From positions 7,092-71,091 of the forward strand of contig JAUYQG010000162.1 of NCBI GenBank assembly GCA_030695645.1: a DNA stretch of 64,000 bases, in the 5' to 3' direction. Below are positions 36,630 to 46,622 of this stretch, one piece after another (the stretch's first letter is position 1; each line of letters opens with the position of its first letter). Source of the stretch: Legionellaceae bacterium (GTDB lineage: Bacteria; Pseudomonadota; Gammaproteobacteria; Legionellales; Legionellaceae). The notes beneath the pieces are model-generated. The model was not told the DNA's origin. It did no database searches and was given only the letters and a program-made list of their open reading frames with translations. Position numbers and translations under genes: made by a program.

Positions 36630-37388
36630 TTACACCCTATCAAGTGCATTTTGCGAGTAGGCATCCAATACTTCATCAACCGAACCAAATTTAATCATTT
36701 TTCCATGCTCCAACAACAGTGCCTTATTACACATTTTCTTAATAAGATCATTAGAGTGCGAAGCAACAACGAGTATGCTTATTTTTTTATAGAAACAATC
36801 AAGTCTCTCTACCGCCTTTTTTGCAAAACTTGCATCGCCCATGCCTATCCCTTCGTCCATGATTAAAATGTCTGGATCAAATGAGGTAAGAATGGCAAAA
36901 CTTAAACGCAATAACATACCACTTGAATAAATCCTCACCGGTAGATATATATAATCACCCAACTCACTAAATTCAATTATTTCATCTTTTTTTGCATCGA
37001 TTGCTTGTCGATCTAAACCAAAATACATCCCAATAGTATATATGTTTTCATAACCCGTATCATCGACCTCCAATCCTAGGCTGGTATTAAATAATGAGGT
37101 CACTTTACCCGAAACAGTTACCGATCCATGATGTGATAAATAAATACCCGCCAAAACATTTAGTAGTGTGGATTTACCTGCGCCGTTATGACCCACGATG
37201 CCTAACCGATCCCCTTCCTCTATGCGAAAAGAAATATTATCAAGTGCGCGGACACAAATGTGCTTTCGCGAGGTTTGTTGAATATTTCCACCTATACAAC
37301 GATTATAAAGTGATTTTCGTAAACTACGATTCGAATCAAAAACCGGAATATCGATGGTTACATTTCGTACATCCAAATACTTTTTCAT
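36630..37388 (-). CDS. polysaccharide ABC exporter ATP-binding protein (short Wzt/KpsT/TagH type)
   Basis: Walker A GHNGAGKST, signature YSSGM, Walker B ILIMDE. 252 aa with no C-terminal extension. Confidence 0.9.
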   Translation of the reverse strand: MKKYLDVRNVTIDIPVFDSNRSLRKSLYNRCIGGNIQQTSRKHICVRALDNISFRIEEGDRLGIVGHNGAGKSTLLNVLAGIYLSHHGSVTVSGKVTSLFNTSLGLEVDDTGYENIYTIGMYFGLDRQAIDAKKDEIIEFSELGDYIYLPVRIYSSGMLLRLSFAILTSFDPDILIMDEGIGMGDASFAKKAVERLDCFYKKISILVVASHSNDLIKKMCNKALLLEHGKMIKFGSVDEVLDAYSQNALDRV

Positions 37389-37397
37389 AATAAACTC

Positions 37398-38276
37398 CTA
37401 CAACCAAAATACGAGATGTCTTTGGAACTTACCAAGTATTTTCATTGAAACTAACCAACCAACAATACAAATGCCCATCGTTACAATCCAATCGATGGGC
37501 GCTGGTTTCAGACCTAGCAATGGTGCTCGAGCAATCTCAACAAAGTGATATAACGGATTAACAGCAACTAAAATTTTAGCGTACGTCGCATTACCCAATT
37601 GCGTTGGTGACCAAAAAACTGGCGTAATAAACATCGCGATTTGTAATAAACTAGTAACAAATTGTCTAATATCCCTAAAACGTGCTGTCATTAAACCCAA
37701 TAGAATACAAACCCAACTCCCTGTTAAGCCGATAATCATCATTGCCGGAATAATTAATAGGGTATTCAAGTTAACCGGTACTTTGAAAAGTAACACAATT
37801 GCCAAATAAAATACAAAATGATGTAGGATAACCAAAAAATTACGAGTGACCGCACTATTTGAGTAAACCGAATATGGTAAGCTGGTTTGTTTAATAAGAC
37901 CACTTGCATCTAAGAAAGTCCCACATCCATCCGTTATGATCGTTGAAATAAATGTCCAGATAATAAAACCAGAAGAAAAAAATGGTAGGAAAGTTTTAAC
38001 ATCGGTGTGCCACAAAATTGGAAATATTAATCCCATGCTGCCAATAAAAATAGCTATACTTAATGTTAACCAAAATGGACCAAACAATGTGCGTCGGTAT
38101 CGGCGCCGAATTTCTGCAACGGCCATGCTAGACCAGAGATGCCACTGCAAAAATCCCTGTGCATAAATATGCGCCCCCTTCAAGGTGTCACTTTTAATGA
38201 CATCAATAAAATCGTGAGGTGGCTGCAATTCACTATCTTGAATTACATCATCAAAATTTATTTGGCTTCCATCCAC
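37398..38276 (-). CDS. polysaccharide ABC exporter permease (ABC-2 type)
   Basis: AVAEIRRRYRRTLFGPFW motif and 6 TM segments. Start is uncertain: I chose the GTG at 38276, preceded by AGGAGA, and the track starts at a GTG at 38303 overlapping the upstream gene. Confidence 0.85.
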   Translation of the reverse strand: MDGSQINFDDVIQDSELQPPHDFIDVIKSDTLKGAHIYAQGFLQWHLWSSMAVAEIRRRYRRTLFGPFWLTLSIAIFIGSMGLIFPILWHTDVKTFLPFFSSGFIIWTFISTIITDGCGTFLDASGLIKQTSLPYSVYSNSAVTRNFLVILHHFVFYLAIVLLFKVPVNLNTLLIIPAMMIIGLTGSWVCILLGLMTARFRDIRQFVTSLLQIAMFITPVFWSPTQLGNATYAKILVAVNPLYHFVEIARAPLLGLKPAPIDWIVTMGICIVGWLVSMKILGKFQRHLVFWL

Positions 38277-38280
38277 TATG

Positions 38281-39420
38281 TCATCTCCTGTCCAAAACGT
38301 CACACATTAATCTAAACTCACCGAATATAACATCAAAATCATCATCATCCCACACCCACTTCTGAAATGCGTTAGCAAATTTGGGATTTTCTCCTCGAAC
38401 GAATCCTCTATCAACCATTACTTCAAGTGAGGCGGAGGGCACATTTTCTACCGTTGTTTTAAAAGTAATATAAGCACAACGAGAATTAAACCAACATAAT
38501 GACATGGGACCCGTATTAACCCCTAAATTCAGATAAGCCAATTCATACAAGGCACTTCGCAAAGACAAATTCCAACAAGCAGGCTGAAAAAAATGGAAAT
38601 TCTTCAGTTGCTCAGGCACATCCTGTAATGCTTGCTCTGTATCAGGAACAAAAATTACACTAAAGTCCTCGTCTTTAATTTTTTGTGCAAACTTAGACCA
38701 GGAAGCAATGTTGCTGTTTCGTTCAGGTAAATAAGCATATTGACGCAAGGTAATCACAACCAGTTTTTTATTTCCAGCATATCGTTGCTTCCACTCCGAA
38801 ATGTACTGCAACGATTGAATATCAGCTTTTAATGATAACATGCTTTTTTGATACCACATTGCCTGTCCGGGCGAATAAGGTATCGGAAATAAAACACTAT
38901 ACTTATCTGGATAAACAAATCGAGCCTCTTTTTCTCTGATTAACAGCGCCTCATACCGTGTTGCACAAAAAACAACACCGTAATCACATATTAATTGCCG
39001 AGTAATAGGAATCAGTATGGAATAAATGCGGAGATTTCGAGCATCTTGACCAACTGCTTGTTCATAATCCACAGCCTCTTTTCTTAAACCACCAGTCATC
39101 CCGGGAACCAAAATAACTCGCAAATACTTCAACCCGAGCTCTTCTCTTTTTGCATTAGCAATACACAAAGCCCACGCAAAGTCATATGTAATGGGCTCCA
39201 CTTCAAAATCATAAAAAAAATATAAACTTTCTTTACTGTTAATAGTACTCTTTTTAAGAGAACTAAAAAAATTAACTGGTCTAATAAACAAGTGATGAAT
39301 AACCAACGCGAAAGGTTTAATAACGTTTCGTGGAATTATCGTGGGCGTTATAAATTCGCGAACTATTCGTCGCATAAACCACCTCAAACCCTGCTCTTTA
39401 AATTTTCTTAACAAATACAT
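38281..39420 (-). CDS. hypothetical protein, possible GT-B-fold glycosyltransferase
   Basis: The C-terminal half (KKLVVITLRQ...SWSKFAQKI...FVPD...LNLGVNTGPMSL) loosely resembles the GT9-type nucleotide-sugar-binding half. Weak call. Confidence 0.35.
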   Translation of the reverse strand: MYLLRKFKEQGLRWFMRRIVREFITPTIIPRNVIKPFALVIHHLFIRPVNFFSSLKKSTINSKESLYFFYDFEVEPITYDFAWALCIANAKREELGLKYLRVILVPGMTGGLRKEAVDYEQAVGQDARNLRIYSILIPITRQLICDYGVVFCATRYEALLIREKEARFVYPDKYSVLFPIPYSPGQAMWYQKSMLSLKADIQSLQYISEWKQRYAGNKKLVVITLRQYAYLPERNSNIASWSKFAQKIKDEDFSVIFVPDTEQALQDVPEQLKNFHFFQPACWNLSLRSALYELAYLNLGVNTGPMSLCWFNSRCAYITFKTTVENVPSASLEVMVDRGFVRGENPKFANAFQKWVWDDDDFDVIFGEFRLMCDVLDRR

Positions 39421-39432
39421 TACTTAATCCTA

Positions 39433-39655
39433 CTGGACTTTGGACAAAAAGACATGAAAATGGCCTCATGTCTTTCTGTCCAAGAAATTTGAGATCTGTC
39501 ATTCTAAATTAGATTACTAATCATCCTGAATGTATGTTTTTTTACAAGGAAAGCCGGTTGTGTCAAGTATTGTAAGCTTATAAATATCACCGATCTAAAA
39601 TTATTTGGACAGAACTGCATGCGTCTTTTTGCATGCAGTTCTGTCCAAAGTCCAA
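39433..39655. repeat. full-length two-hairpin palindromic (MITE-like) element, core type I
   Basis: Fills the whole gap between two co-directional genes. Both hairpins and both termini (CTGGACTTTGGACA ... TGTCCAAAGTCCAA) are intact. Confidence 0.9.
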
Positions 39656-39656
39656 T

Positions 39657-40538
39657 TTACAAATAATCACCATATAAATCCTCTACAATGGATTCAAGTG
39701 ACATATCTGGCAACTGAAACAGCTTGCTTGACTCACTCATATCAAGACTTGAATAAGAACATAATGGAGAAGCAACACCTGCTTGTAATGCGGACTTAGG
39801 ATGAACCAACGATTCACTCACTCCTAACAGGCGCACTAAACACAAAGCCATCGTATGATAAGTAATATCATGTTCTCCGGAGAGATGAATGGTTTGTTTT
39901 ATATTTCTTGCCACAATTTCCTTTAGACACGAAGTGACTGTTTTGATAGAAATTGGACTGAAACGAAGATCATAAAAAGGTTCAATACGGCTATTGTTTT
40001 TTAATGCCTGTATCCATTGTAAAATGAGCGGGTAATCCGGTGTTAATACCTTTGTTAATCGCACTATTGCAACATTATTAGACATGCTAAGAAGCTTACT
40101 CTCTGTGGCTGCCTTGTGTTCGCCATGAGCGGTTGTTGGGCAAACATTGTCTTCTACTCGATAAGCCGGCTTATTTCCATCAAAAACAGTTTGACTGGAT
40201 AAAAAAATAATAAATGCATTTTGCCTGAAAAAAAAGTTCGCCAAATTAATTTGTGCTTCATAATTCACTATTCGTGAATATTCAAGAGAGTTTTTACAGT
40301 CAGAAAACTTAGTAATGCTGGCGCATAAAAAAACCGCGTCCATGGGAATATCGCAACAAAACTCCCCAACCAGAGCTAAATCTAAATAAAAAATTCGTTT
40401 ACTTATGTTTTCCTTTTTTCGCGTAGTCCCAAATACAGAGTAACCAAAATGCTCCAGCTCTGCTTTTAAAGCAGAACCTATTTGAGAGTCAATTCCAATA
40501 ATCAATATATTTTGATTTTGTGTCAAATAAAAAGTCAT
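39657..40538 (-). CDS. SDR-family sugar nucleotide reductase/epimerase (RmlD-like)
   Basis: ILIIGIDSQIGSAL glycine-rich loop. About 290 aa, in a sugar-locus context. Confidence 0.6.
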   Translation of the reverse strand: MTFYLTQNQNILIIGIDSQIGSALKAELEHFGYSVFGTTRKKENISKRIFYLDLALVGEFCCDIPMDAVFLCASITKFSDCKNSLEYSRIVNYEAQINLANFFFRQNAFIIFLSSQTVFDGNKPAYRVEDNVCPTTAHGEHKAATESKLLSMSNNVAIVRLTKVLTPDYPLILQWIQALKNNSRIEPFYDLRFSPISIKTVTSCLKEIVARNIKQTIHLSGEHDITYHTMALCLVRLLGVSESLVHPKSALQAGVASPLCSYSSLDMSESSKLFQLPDMSLESIVEDLYGDYL

Positions 40539-40570
40539 TCACAATCCCAGTTTAATGAGCTTACTTACGC

Positions 40571-40765
40571 TTGGAGTTTGGACAAAGCAACATGCAAAAA
40601 CACGCATGTTGCTTGTTCAAATAATTGAGATCCCGATTTAATAGGCGGTTTGAGTATAACCATGCATCATCGCAAACCCCCTATTAAATACATTAATCTT
40701 TCTCAGTGCCCATCATGGACAGAAGGACATGAGTCTTTTTTCATGTTCTTTTGTCCAATGTCCAA
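40571..40765. repeat. degenerate two-hairpin element with a different core
   Basis: TTGGAGTTTGGACAAAGCAACATGCAAAAACACGCATGTTGCTTGTTCAAATAATTGAGATC ... GGACAGAAGGACATGAGTCTTTTTTCATGTTCTTTTGTCCAATGTCCAA. Confidence 0.75.
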
Positions 40766-40932
40766 TTAGTTAAGATACGAAAAAATATCACAAAATAAAT
40801 TTATAAACAAATTATGAAAAACAGGTTGCAACCAAGCTTTACATTGCATTACTATCACTGGAATCATAACACTAGTTTTTCATGAAATGATTCCGGGTGC
40901 GTTCGAAATAACCTCCTATTTCCGTACGAAAC

Positions 40933-40980
40933 TATACTGCGCGCGGTCACAAACTTAAGTTTGTGACCGCGCGCAGTATA
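40933..40980. repeat. 48-bp perfect palindrome
   Basis: TATACTGCGCGCGGTCACAAACTT immediately followed by its exact reverse complement. Confidence 0.9.
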
Positions 40981-41050
40981 ATTACGTTTTACATATTCAT
41001 AAGCAGACATATATGTTTCTTGAGCTACCACCAGAGCAGGAATTGACTTA

Positions 41051-42406
41051 ATGAATCCAATTTATTTCGGTGTTTGCGTCTGGAGTCGCGCTTATTGTGA
41101 GTTGTTTGTCAATTACGCTCTAGCTTCATTACTAGCAGATGAAAACATTCCGGCACTTGATAATTCATCAAAAAAGAATTGTTTTTTATTATCAACTACA
41201 AAAGAAGATTGGCAATGGTTCCAATCTCAGCCTCTGTTCAAACTATTACAGTGCCATATGGATGTTGAGCTCCTAGAAATTACTCTCATCTCAGAAGAAG
41301 AATATCAAAAATTAAACAACCGACTCGGGCTGAGCAAACTATACACAATGACATTGGGGCATCGCCAAATTCTTAATAAAATGCATGCTGATAAAGCTGT
41401 AGGAAGCATTGTTTTCCCTGATTCAATTTATTCAAAAAATGCCATTTCTTCCGCTTATAAACATATTGCGAATGGGAAAACGTCCGTTTTAGTACATTGC
41501 CCCCGATTTTCAACAACATCTATCGTTGATGAATTACGAGATATGCAATACGTTAAGCCAGGAGTCCCTCTAACAATAGAGCCCCGCACGCTAGTACAAG
41601 TTGCTATACAGCATCTTCATATCGATATGCGAATGCAACAATGGGAGGCGCCTTATGCACCTGAATTTTTCATGGACCCATCATGGGTTTTACCGAATAA
41701 CTCCGGTATGTTGTTTTATACATGGAGTTGCTGGTACGCATTTATTGATTACGCCAAAATGCCATCACATAATATCAATTCCTTACAGGATAATACGATA
41801 GATGGTGCATATTTCGATAATAATCTTAAGAAAAATGAAGCGCATTTTATTACGGATTCCGATGAATTTACTTTAATTACATTTAGTCCTCATATGTATC
41901 GAACGATCCGTCAGCACTCCATCAGCAATCACTTCGATCAAAAAGCAATTAATTTAACCAAAATTGACTTTGCAAGAAGGAAAATAAAAGAAACTATGGG
42001 TGCCAATCTTAGTGTTTTTAAGTCGCAGTTTGCAAACAAACCCGTCTATTGGCACACTAAAGATTTAACACCTAGCTGCTTTAAACTACAAGAATGTACA
42101 ATGAACCTTATCAAAAAAATAATGAGCAGTAAGTTATCACTTGTTGACAAAATCACACTGAAAATGAACCGAACTTATCACTCTATTCAAACAGAAGAAA
42201 TAAAAATCAATACGTTTCAGCCTTCTTTTCCAAAACCGGCAATGACATTCAAACCCTTTTCTCATTATGCATACAGCATTTTTAATGGCCTGAAAAAGCT
42301 TATGCGTCGTCTGTTTGTTTGGGGAAAGATACTTCTAATCGGCTTTTTTTTTGGTGCAACTTTGACCCTCTTCATTGTATTGTTACGAGTATGGGGATTC
42401 TATTGA
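41051..42406 (+). CDS. uncharacterised tail-anchored protein, paralog 1 of tandem family (candidate glycosyltransferase)
   Basis: Conserved N-terminus NPIYFGVCVWSRAYCELFVNYALASLLADENIPALDNS. DKAVGSIVFPDSIY. C-terminal TM helix LLIGFFFGATLTLFIVLL. Confidence 0.8.
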   Translation: MNPIYFGVCVWSRAYCELFVNYALASLLADENIPALDNSSKKNCFLLSTTKEDWQWFQSQPLFKLLQCHMDVELLEITLISEEEYQKLNNRLGLSKLYTMTLGHRQILNKMHADKAVGSIVFPDSIYSKNAISSAYKHIANGKTSVLVHCPRFSTTSIVDELRDMQYVKPGVPLTIEPRTLVQVAIQHLHIDMRMQQWEAPYAPEFFMDPSWVLPNNSGMLFYTWSCWYAFIDYAKMPSHNINSLQDNTIDGAYFDNNLKKNEAHFITDSDEFTLITFSPHMYRTIRQHSISNHFDQKAINLTKIDFARRKIKETMGANLSVFKSQFANKPVYWHTKDLTPSCFKLQECTMNLIKKIMSSKLSLVDKITLKMNRTYHSIQTEEIKINTFQPSFPKPAMTFKPFSHYAYSIFNGLKKLMRRLFVWGKILLIGFFFGATLTLFIVLLRVWGFY

Positions 42407-42422
42407 AACAAGGAGTAAAGGA

Positions 42423-43835
42423 ATGAGTAAACCGATTTATTTGGGAATTACGGTATGGGGAAGAGAGTATTGCGAAACCTTCGCCGATTATTGTTTAGGA
42501 TCACTTTTAGCCAAAGGAAATATTCCTGCGCTTGATAATTCAACGGGCAACAATACATTTTTAATTGCCACAACAAAAGCCGATTGGCAGTGGTTTCAAA
42601 CCCATCCTAATTTTAAATTGTTAAAGCAATATATGAAAGCTGAGTTTATAGAGCTCTACATTGTTTCTGAAGAAACATACCAGCAAATGAATCATAACTT
42701 GAACTCTTGCAAGCTATATAATGTTTCGTTAGGCCAAACAAAAATTGTATCTAGAATGTACCGAGATAAGGCAGTTGGTGGCGTTATATATGGCGATACT
42801 ATTTATGCTCAAAACGCTTTAACCTCTGCTTATCGCTTTATTTTAACAGGCAAAAAAATTGTTATGTTTCATTTTTGTCGTTTTGCGAGAACGCAGCAGT
42901 TATTGTCTGGTTTAATGGAACTAGGATATATAAAACCTGGGAAACCCATTGAAATTTCTAACCGAGACTTAGTGCGAGTTGCTTTGCAGTGTTTACACAT
43001 TGATATTGCTATGCAGAACTGGAATGCCCCTGTTTTACCTGAGTTTGCGATAGAGATGGCATGGTCTCTGCCAAATCAAAAAGGTATACTTTTTCACCCA
43101 TTAAGTTTTTGGTATGTTTTCATCGACTACTCTAGGCTAGTTAATCACAATATAGAATGCTTGCAGAATGATACGATCGATTCAACTTATCTCCGTGATA
43201 ATTTCACAAAGGACGATGCTCATTTAATCACTGATTCAGACATATTTACCGCAATCAGTTTTAGCCCTGATCTTCCTCGAAAACCTGTGCTAATTACCGA
43301 TATACATACAACACCAATTAATTACGCAACTATTGGTCCATACTCTATGGTAGGTCGATTTACTAACTGCTCAGGAGTTAATCCAGACTTTTTATTAAAC
43401 TCTGCAGCTTCTTTTGAGGGAAAATTGTCGGATAAAGATGTGGCAATCAAATTGGCTTATTTAAAAGAAAGAATTTATTTGCAGTTGAATACTACTGGAC
43501 AAATTGATTTATTCAAAATTGGATTCACGCAATACCCTATTTATATGCATTCCGAAGATTTGGATGAAGAATGCTTTACCATAGAACAAAACGCGCAACA
43601 TGTTATTGGGGAAATCATATCCTTTCTTGAGCAAAAACCGACGGAATCATATGAGTATTTATTTAAAAAAGTATCTTTCCTAAGGCGATTATTAGGTTTT
43701 TCAATTGAAGTATATCTTATTTTAAGAAAAAAGCTTTTAAGAGGCTCTGAAGAAAAACGTAAATTTTATCCTGTATTTTGCCACAACATTGAAAATGAGA
43801 CCGAGAGCGACTCTGATAAGGACTATCCAGTATGA
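42423..43835 (+). CDS. uncharacterised protein, paralog 2 of tandem family
   Basis: MSKPIYLGITVWGREYCETFADYCLGSLLAKGNIPALDNS. Start at the ATG preceded by AAGGAG; the track starts at 42375. More divergent, and I saw no clear terminal TM helix. Confidence 0.8.
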   Translation: MSKPIYLGITVWGREYCETFADYCLGSLLAKGNIPALDNSTGNNTFLIATTKADWQWFQTHPNFKLLKQYMKAEFIELYIVSEETYQQMNHNLNSCKLYNVSLGQTKIVSRMYRDKAVGGVIYGDTIYAQNALTSAYRFILTGKKIVMFHFCRFARTQQLLSGLMELGYIKPGKPIEISNRDLVRVALQCLHIDIAMQNWNAPVLPEFAIEMAWSLPNQKGILFHPLSFWYVFIDYSRLVNHNIECLQNDTIDSTYLRDNFTKDDAHLITDSDIFTAISFSPDLPRKPVLITDIHTTPINYATIGPYSMVGRFTNCSGVNPDFLLNSAASFEGKLSDKDVAIKLAYLKERIYLQLNTTGQIDLFKIGFTQYPIYMHSEDLDEECFTIEQNAQHVIGEIISFLEQKPTESYEYLFKKVSFLRRLLGFSIEVYLILRKKLLRGSEEKRKFYPVFCHNIENETESDSDKDYPV

Positions 43836-45343
43836 AAACTTTAGCGGAAAAAGTAAATCCAATTTATTTTGGCGTTTGCATGTGGGGGCGTTCTTTCTGC
43901 GAGCTATTTGTGAATTATGCCTTAGCGTCTATGCTTGCAGAAAAAAACATTCCAGCACTTGATAACTCAGCAAGGAAAAATTGTTTTTTAATTTGTACAA
44001 CAAAAAACGACTGGGAATGGCTACAACGTCAAGCGACTATTAAGTTATTAGAACGTTATATCGATATTGACTTCATTGAGATCACCCCCATATCAGAAGA
44101 GGCGTATAAAAAATTAAACAATCGCTTAAACTCGCATAAACTTTATATAATGACGATGGGGCATCGTTTAATTCTAAATCGTATGTACAAAGATAAGGCT
44201 GTAGGCAGTATCGTCTTTCCTGACTCAATTTATGCAAATAATGCCATTTCCTCAGCCTACAAACATATCGCTGATGGGAAAACGTCTGTTTTGGTTCATT
44301 GTCCTCGATTTTCTACAACATCGATTATTGAAGAGTTATGCGACTTAAAATTTGTGACTCAAGGCGATCCATTATCTATTGAACCTCGGGCATTAGTACA
44401 GGTGGCCATGCGCCATCTCCATATTGATATACGAATGCAACAATGGGATGCGCCTTATTTCCCCGAGTTTCTATTGGAGCCATCATGGATTTTACCTGAT
44501 AATGCTGGTATGTTATTTTACACATGGAATTGTTGGTACGCATTCATCAATTATGCAAACCTTGCATCACACAATATAAGCACATTAGGTGACAACTCCA
44601 TAGATGGTGTGTATTTTGATGCCAATCTTAAGCCAAATGAAGCACATTTTATTGAGGATTCCGATGAGTATGCATTGATTACCTTCAGTCCTCATATTCA
44701 TCGCACAATCAAACCTATACATCGTATTAGTTATTCTGTGTCAAGTAAAAATATGATGGATTTAATCAAGATTAATTTTACAAAACAAAAAATAAATGGC
44801 TCTATGGGTATGCATATGGGGCAATTTAAAATGGAATTTGCTTCAAAACCAATTTATTGGCATTCAAAGGAATTAACCCCTGCTTGTTATCAATTGCAAG
44901 CTCAGTCACAGATGCTAATTCAAAAATCACTATATGGTAAATTGACGTTTATTGACAAAATAAAAATAGATATTAGCAATACTCATAATACGGGTCTAAT
45001 AAAGAGAAAAATAATTAATAACATACATCTACTTTTTAGCAAATTATTGAGTTTATCTTATCGTGTGTTGAGGCGACTAAAACGCAGTATTGTTGGTATT
45101 CGAAATATTGGAATTCGAAGGGTTGTAGATTTTGGGATTCGAAGGACTCGAAACATCCTAAAGATACTATTTATGGGGCCTAAATACATATTTAAAGGAG
45201 CGAAACACGCCGTCCATAGTACTTATCAGATTGTATCTAATAATAGACACTTATTCATAGGCATGACTCTATTTGCAACTGGAGCGGTGCTCGGCGTGAC
45301 GTTAACTCTACTGGTTTTATTGCTGCGAATCTTGAAGGTCTAA
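43832..45343 (+). CDS. uncharacterised tail-anchored protein, paralog 3 of tandem family
   Basis: NPIYFGVCMWGRSFCELFVNYALASMLAEKNIPALDNS. Highly similar to paralog 1 across about 330 aa. ATGA overlap with the preceding gene. C-terminal TM LFATGAVLGVTLTLLVLLL. Confidence 0.8.
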   Translation: MKTLAEKVNPIYFGVCMWGRSFCELFVNYALASMLAEKNIPALDNSARKNCFLICTTKNDWEWLQRQATIKLLERYIDIDFIEITPISEEAYKKLNNRLNSHKLYIMTMGHRLILNRMYKDKAVGSIVFPDSIYANNAISSAYKHIADGKTSVLVHCPRFSTTSIIEELCDLKFVTQGDPLSIEPRALVQVAMRHLHIDIRMQQWDAPYFPEFLLEPSWILPDNAGMLFYTWNCWYAFINYANLASHNISTLGDNSIDGVYFDANLKPNEAHFIEDSDEYALITFSPHIHRTIKPIHRISYSVSSKNMMDLIKINFTKQKINGSMGMHMGQFKMEFASKPIYWHSKELTPACYQLQAQSQMLIQKSLYGKLTFIDKIKIDISNTHNTGLIKRKIINNIHLLFSKLLSLSYRVLRRLKRSIVGIRNIGIRRVVDFGIRRTRNILKILFMGPKYIFKGAKHAVHSTYQIVSNNRHLFIGMTLFATGAVLGVTLTLLVLLLRILKV

Positions 45344-45357
45344 TGGGCTTCTTAAGA

Positions 45358-45412
45358 TTTGGAGTCTGGACAAAACCGCATGAAAAAAGACTCATGCGGT
45401 TTTATCCAAATA
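45358..45412. repeat. solo hairpin of the element family between convergent genes
   Basis: TTTGGAGTCTGGACAAAACCGCATGA AAAAAGA CTCATGCGGTTTTATCCAAATAA. The position fits a bidirectional terminator. Confidence 0.75.
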
Positions 45413-45440
45413 ACGGGCAATTAATGAACGGTATAAAAAA

Positions 45441-46298
45441 TTAAGTGATGTCTTCAAGATAATAGTTAAGCGCTTCTTTGAAGGCCAATGGTTTAAAAGC
45501 ATAATTATCTATAGCGTATTGGCTTGAAATTACAAAAGATGTTTTTTGATTATCTTCTATACTAATTACTGAGCTCGAATTGAATTTCTTAATAATTTTT
45601 TCTACTATGTTGATAATGGGTAACCCATCTTTAGAGGCAACATTAATACAATCAAAATCATGATGTAATTTTGTATGCAATAACGTCTCAACAAAAACAG
45701 CTAATTCGTTAACATAGATCGCATTGTTAAAAAGAGCATCTGGATTATTTAAGGTAATCGTTTCACCTGCTTTCGCTTTATGAATAGTACTAGCTAACCA
45801 ATGTCTAGCCGCACCATTCCCCATGACGGCTGGTAACCGTATCGTTATCGATTGAAACCATTTTTGCTCACGTAACATTGCCTCACACATTAGCTTACTT
45901 GTGCCGTAGACATGGGGTTTATAAATTGGGGTGCTTTCATTCAATATTGGTTGATTCACTTCCCCATATACAGAGCAAGTAGAGAAAAATATAAATTTCT
46001 GGATACTAAGGTTCTTCACTAAGTTGATTAAATTTTGAGTTGCTAATATATTGTCTTGTATAAGTGGATATGTTGTACTCACGGGAGGAGCCGTAGCGGC
46101 AATATGTACTACGACATCAAAACTACCTTCTATTTGTTTAATGCTAGATAGGTCACCATAAATACACTGAACATTATTTCCAAAATTTTGTGATGCTTTG
46201 TTGCGACTAATAACGGTGACATCGTGACCCTTGTTTATAAACTGCCTCAATATAAATTTGCCGCAAAAACTATTAGGTCCGGTCAATAAAATTTTCAT
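45441..46298 (-). CDS. NAD-dependent epimerase/dehydratase (SDR) family protein
   Basis: MKILLTGPNSFCGKF Rossmann motif, and a YGTSK catalytic YxxxK. Confidence 0.8.
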   Translation of the reverse strand: MKILLTGPNSFCGKFILRQFINKGHDVTVISRNKASQNFGNNVQCIYGDLSSIKQIEGSFDVVVHIAATAPPVSTTYPLIQDNILATQNLINLVKNLSIQKFIFFSTCSVYGEVNQPILNESTPIYKPHVYGTSKLMCEAMLREQKWFQSITIRLPAVMGNGAARHWLASTIHKAKAGETITLNNPDALFNNAIYVNELAVFVETLLHTKLHHDFDCINVASKDGLPIINIVEKIIKKFNSSSVISIEDNQKTSFVISSQYAIDNYAFKPLAFKEALNYYLEDIT

Positions 46299-46337
46299 AT
46301 GCACTCATCTACTAGAATTGTCAACAGACCCTAATTA

Positions 46338-46559
46338 TTGGACTTTGGACAAAAAGACATGAAAAGAGGCTCTTGTCTTTTTGTCCAAGAAATTTCAGAT
46401 CTATCCTTCATAATTAGATCGTTAATTATCCTGATTGTAAATGTTTTTACAAAGCAAGCCGATTGTCGTTGATATTTTGGCCTATAAATAAGTCAGATCT
46501 AAACTTATTTGGACAGAATTGCATGCGTCTTTTTGCATGCAGTTTTGTCCAAACTCCAA
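46338..46559. repeat. full-length two-hairpin palindromic (MITE-like) element, core type I (diverged)
   Basis: Collinear with 39433..39655. Termini TTGGACTTTGGACA ... TGTCCAAACTCCAA. Confidence 0.9.
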
Positions 46560-46598
46560 TAATTAGTAACTACTCATTTCGTATCAAGGAAATTAATA

Positions 46599-46618
46599 TA
46601 TACTGCGCGCGCAGTATA
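46599..46618. repeat. 20-bp palindrome, a collapsed version of the 40933 palindrome
   Basis: TATACTGCGCGCGCAGTATA shares the outer arms of 40933..40980 but lacks the GGTCACAAACTT/AAGTTTGTGACC centre. Confidence 0.8.
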
Positions 46619-46622
46619 GCCA

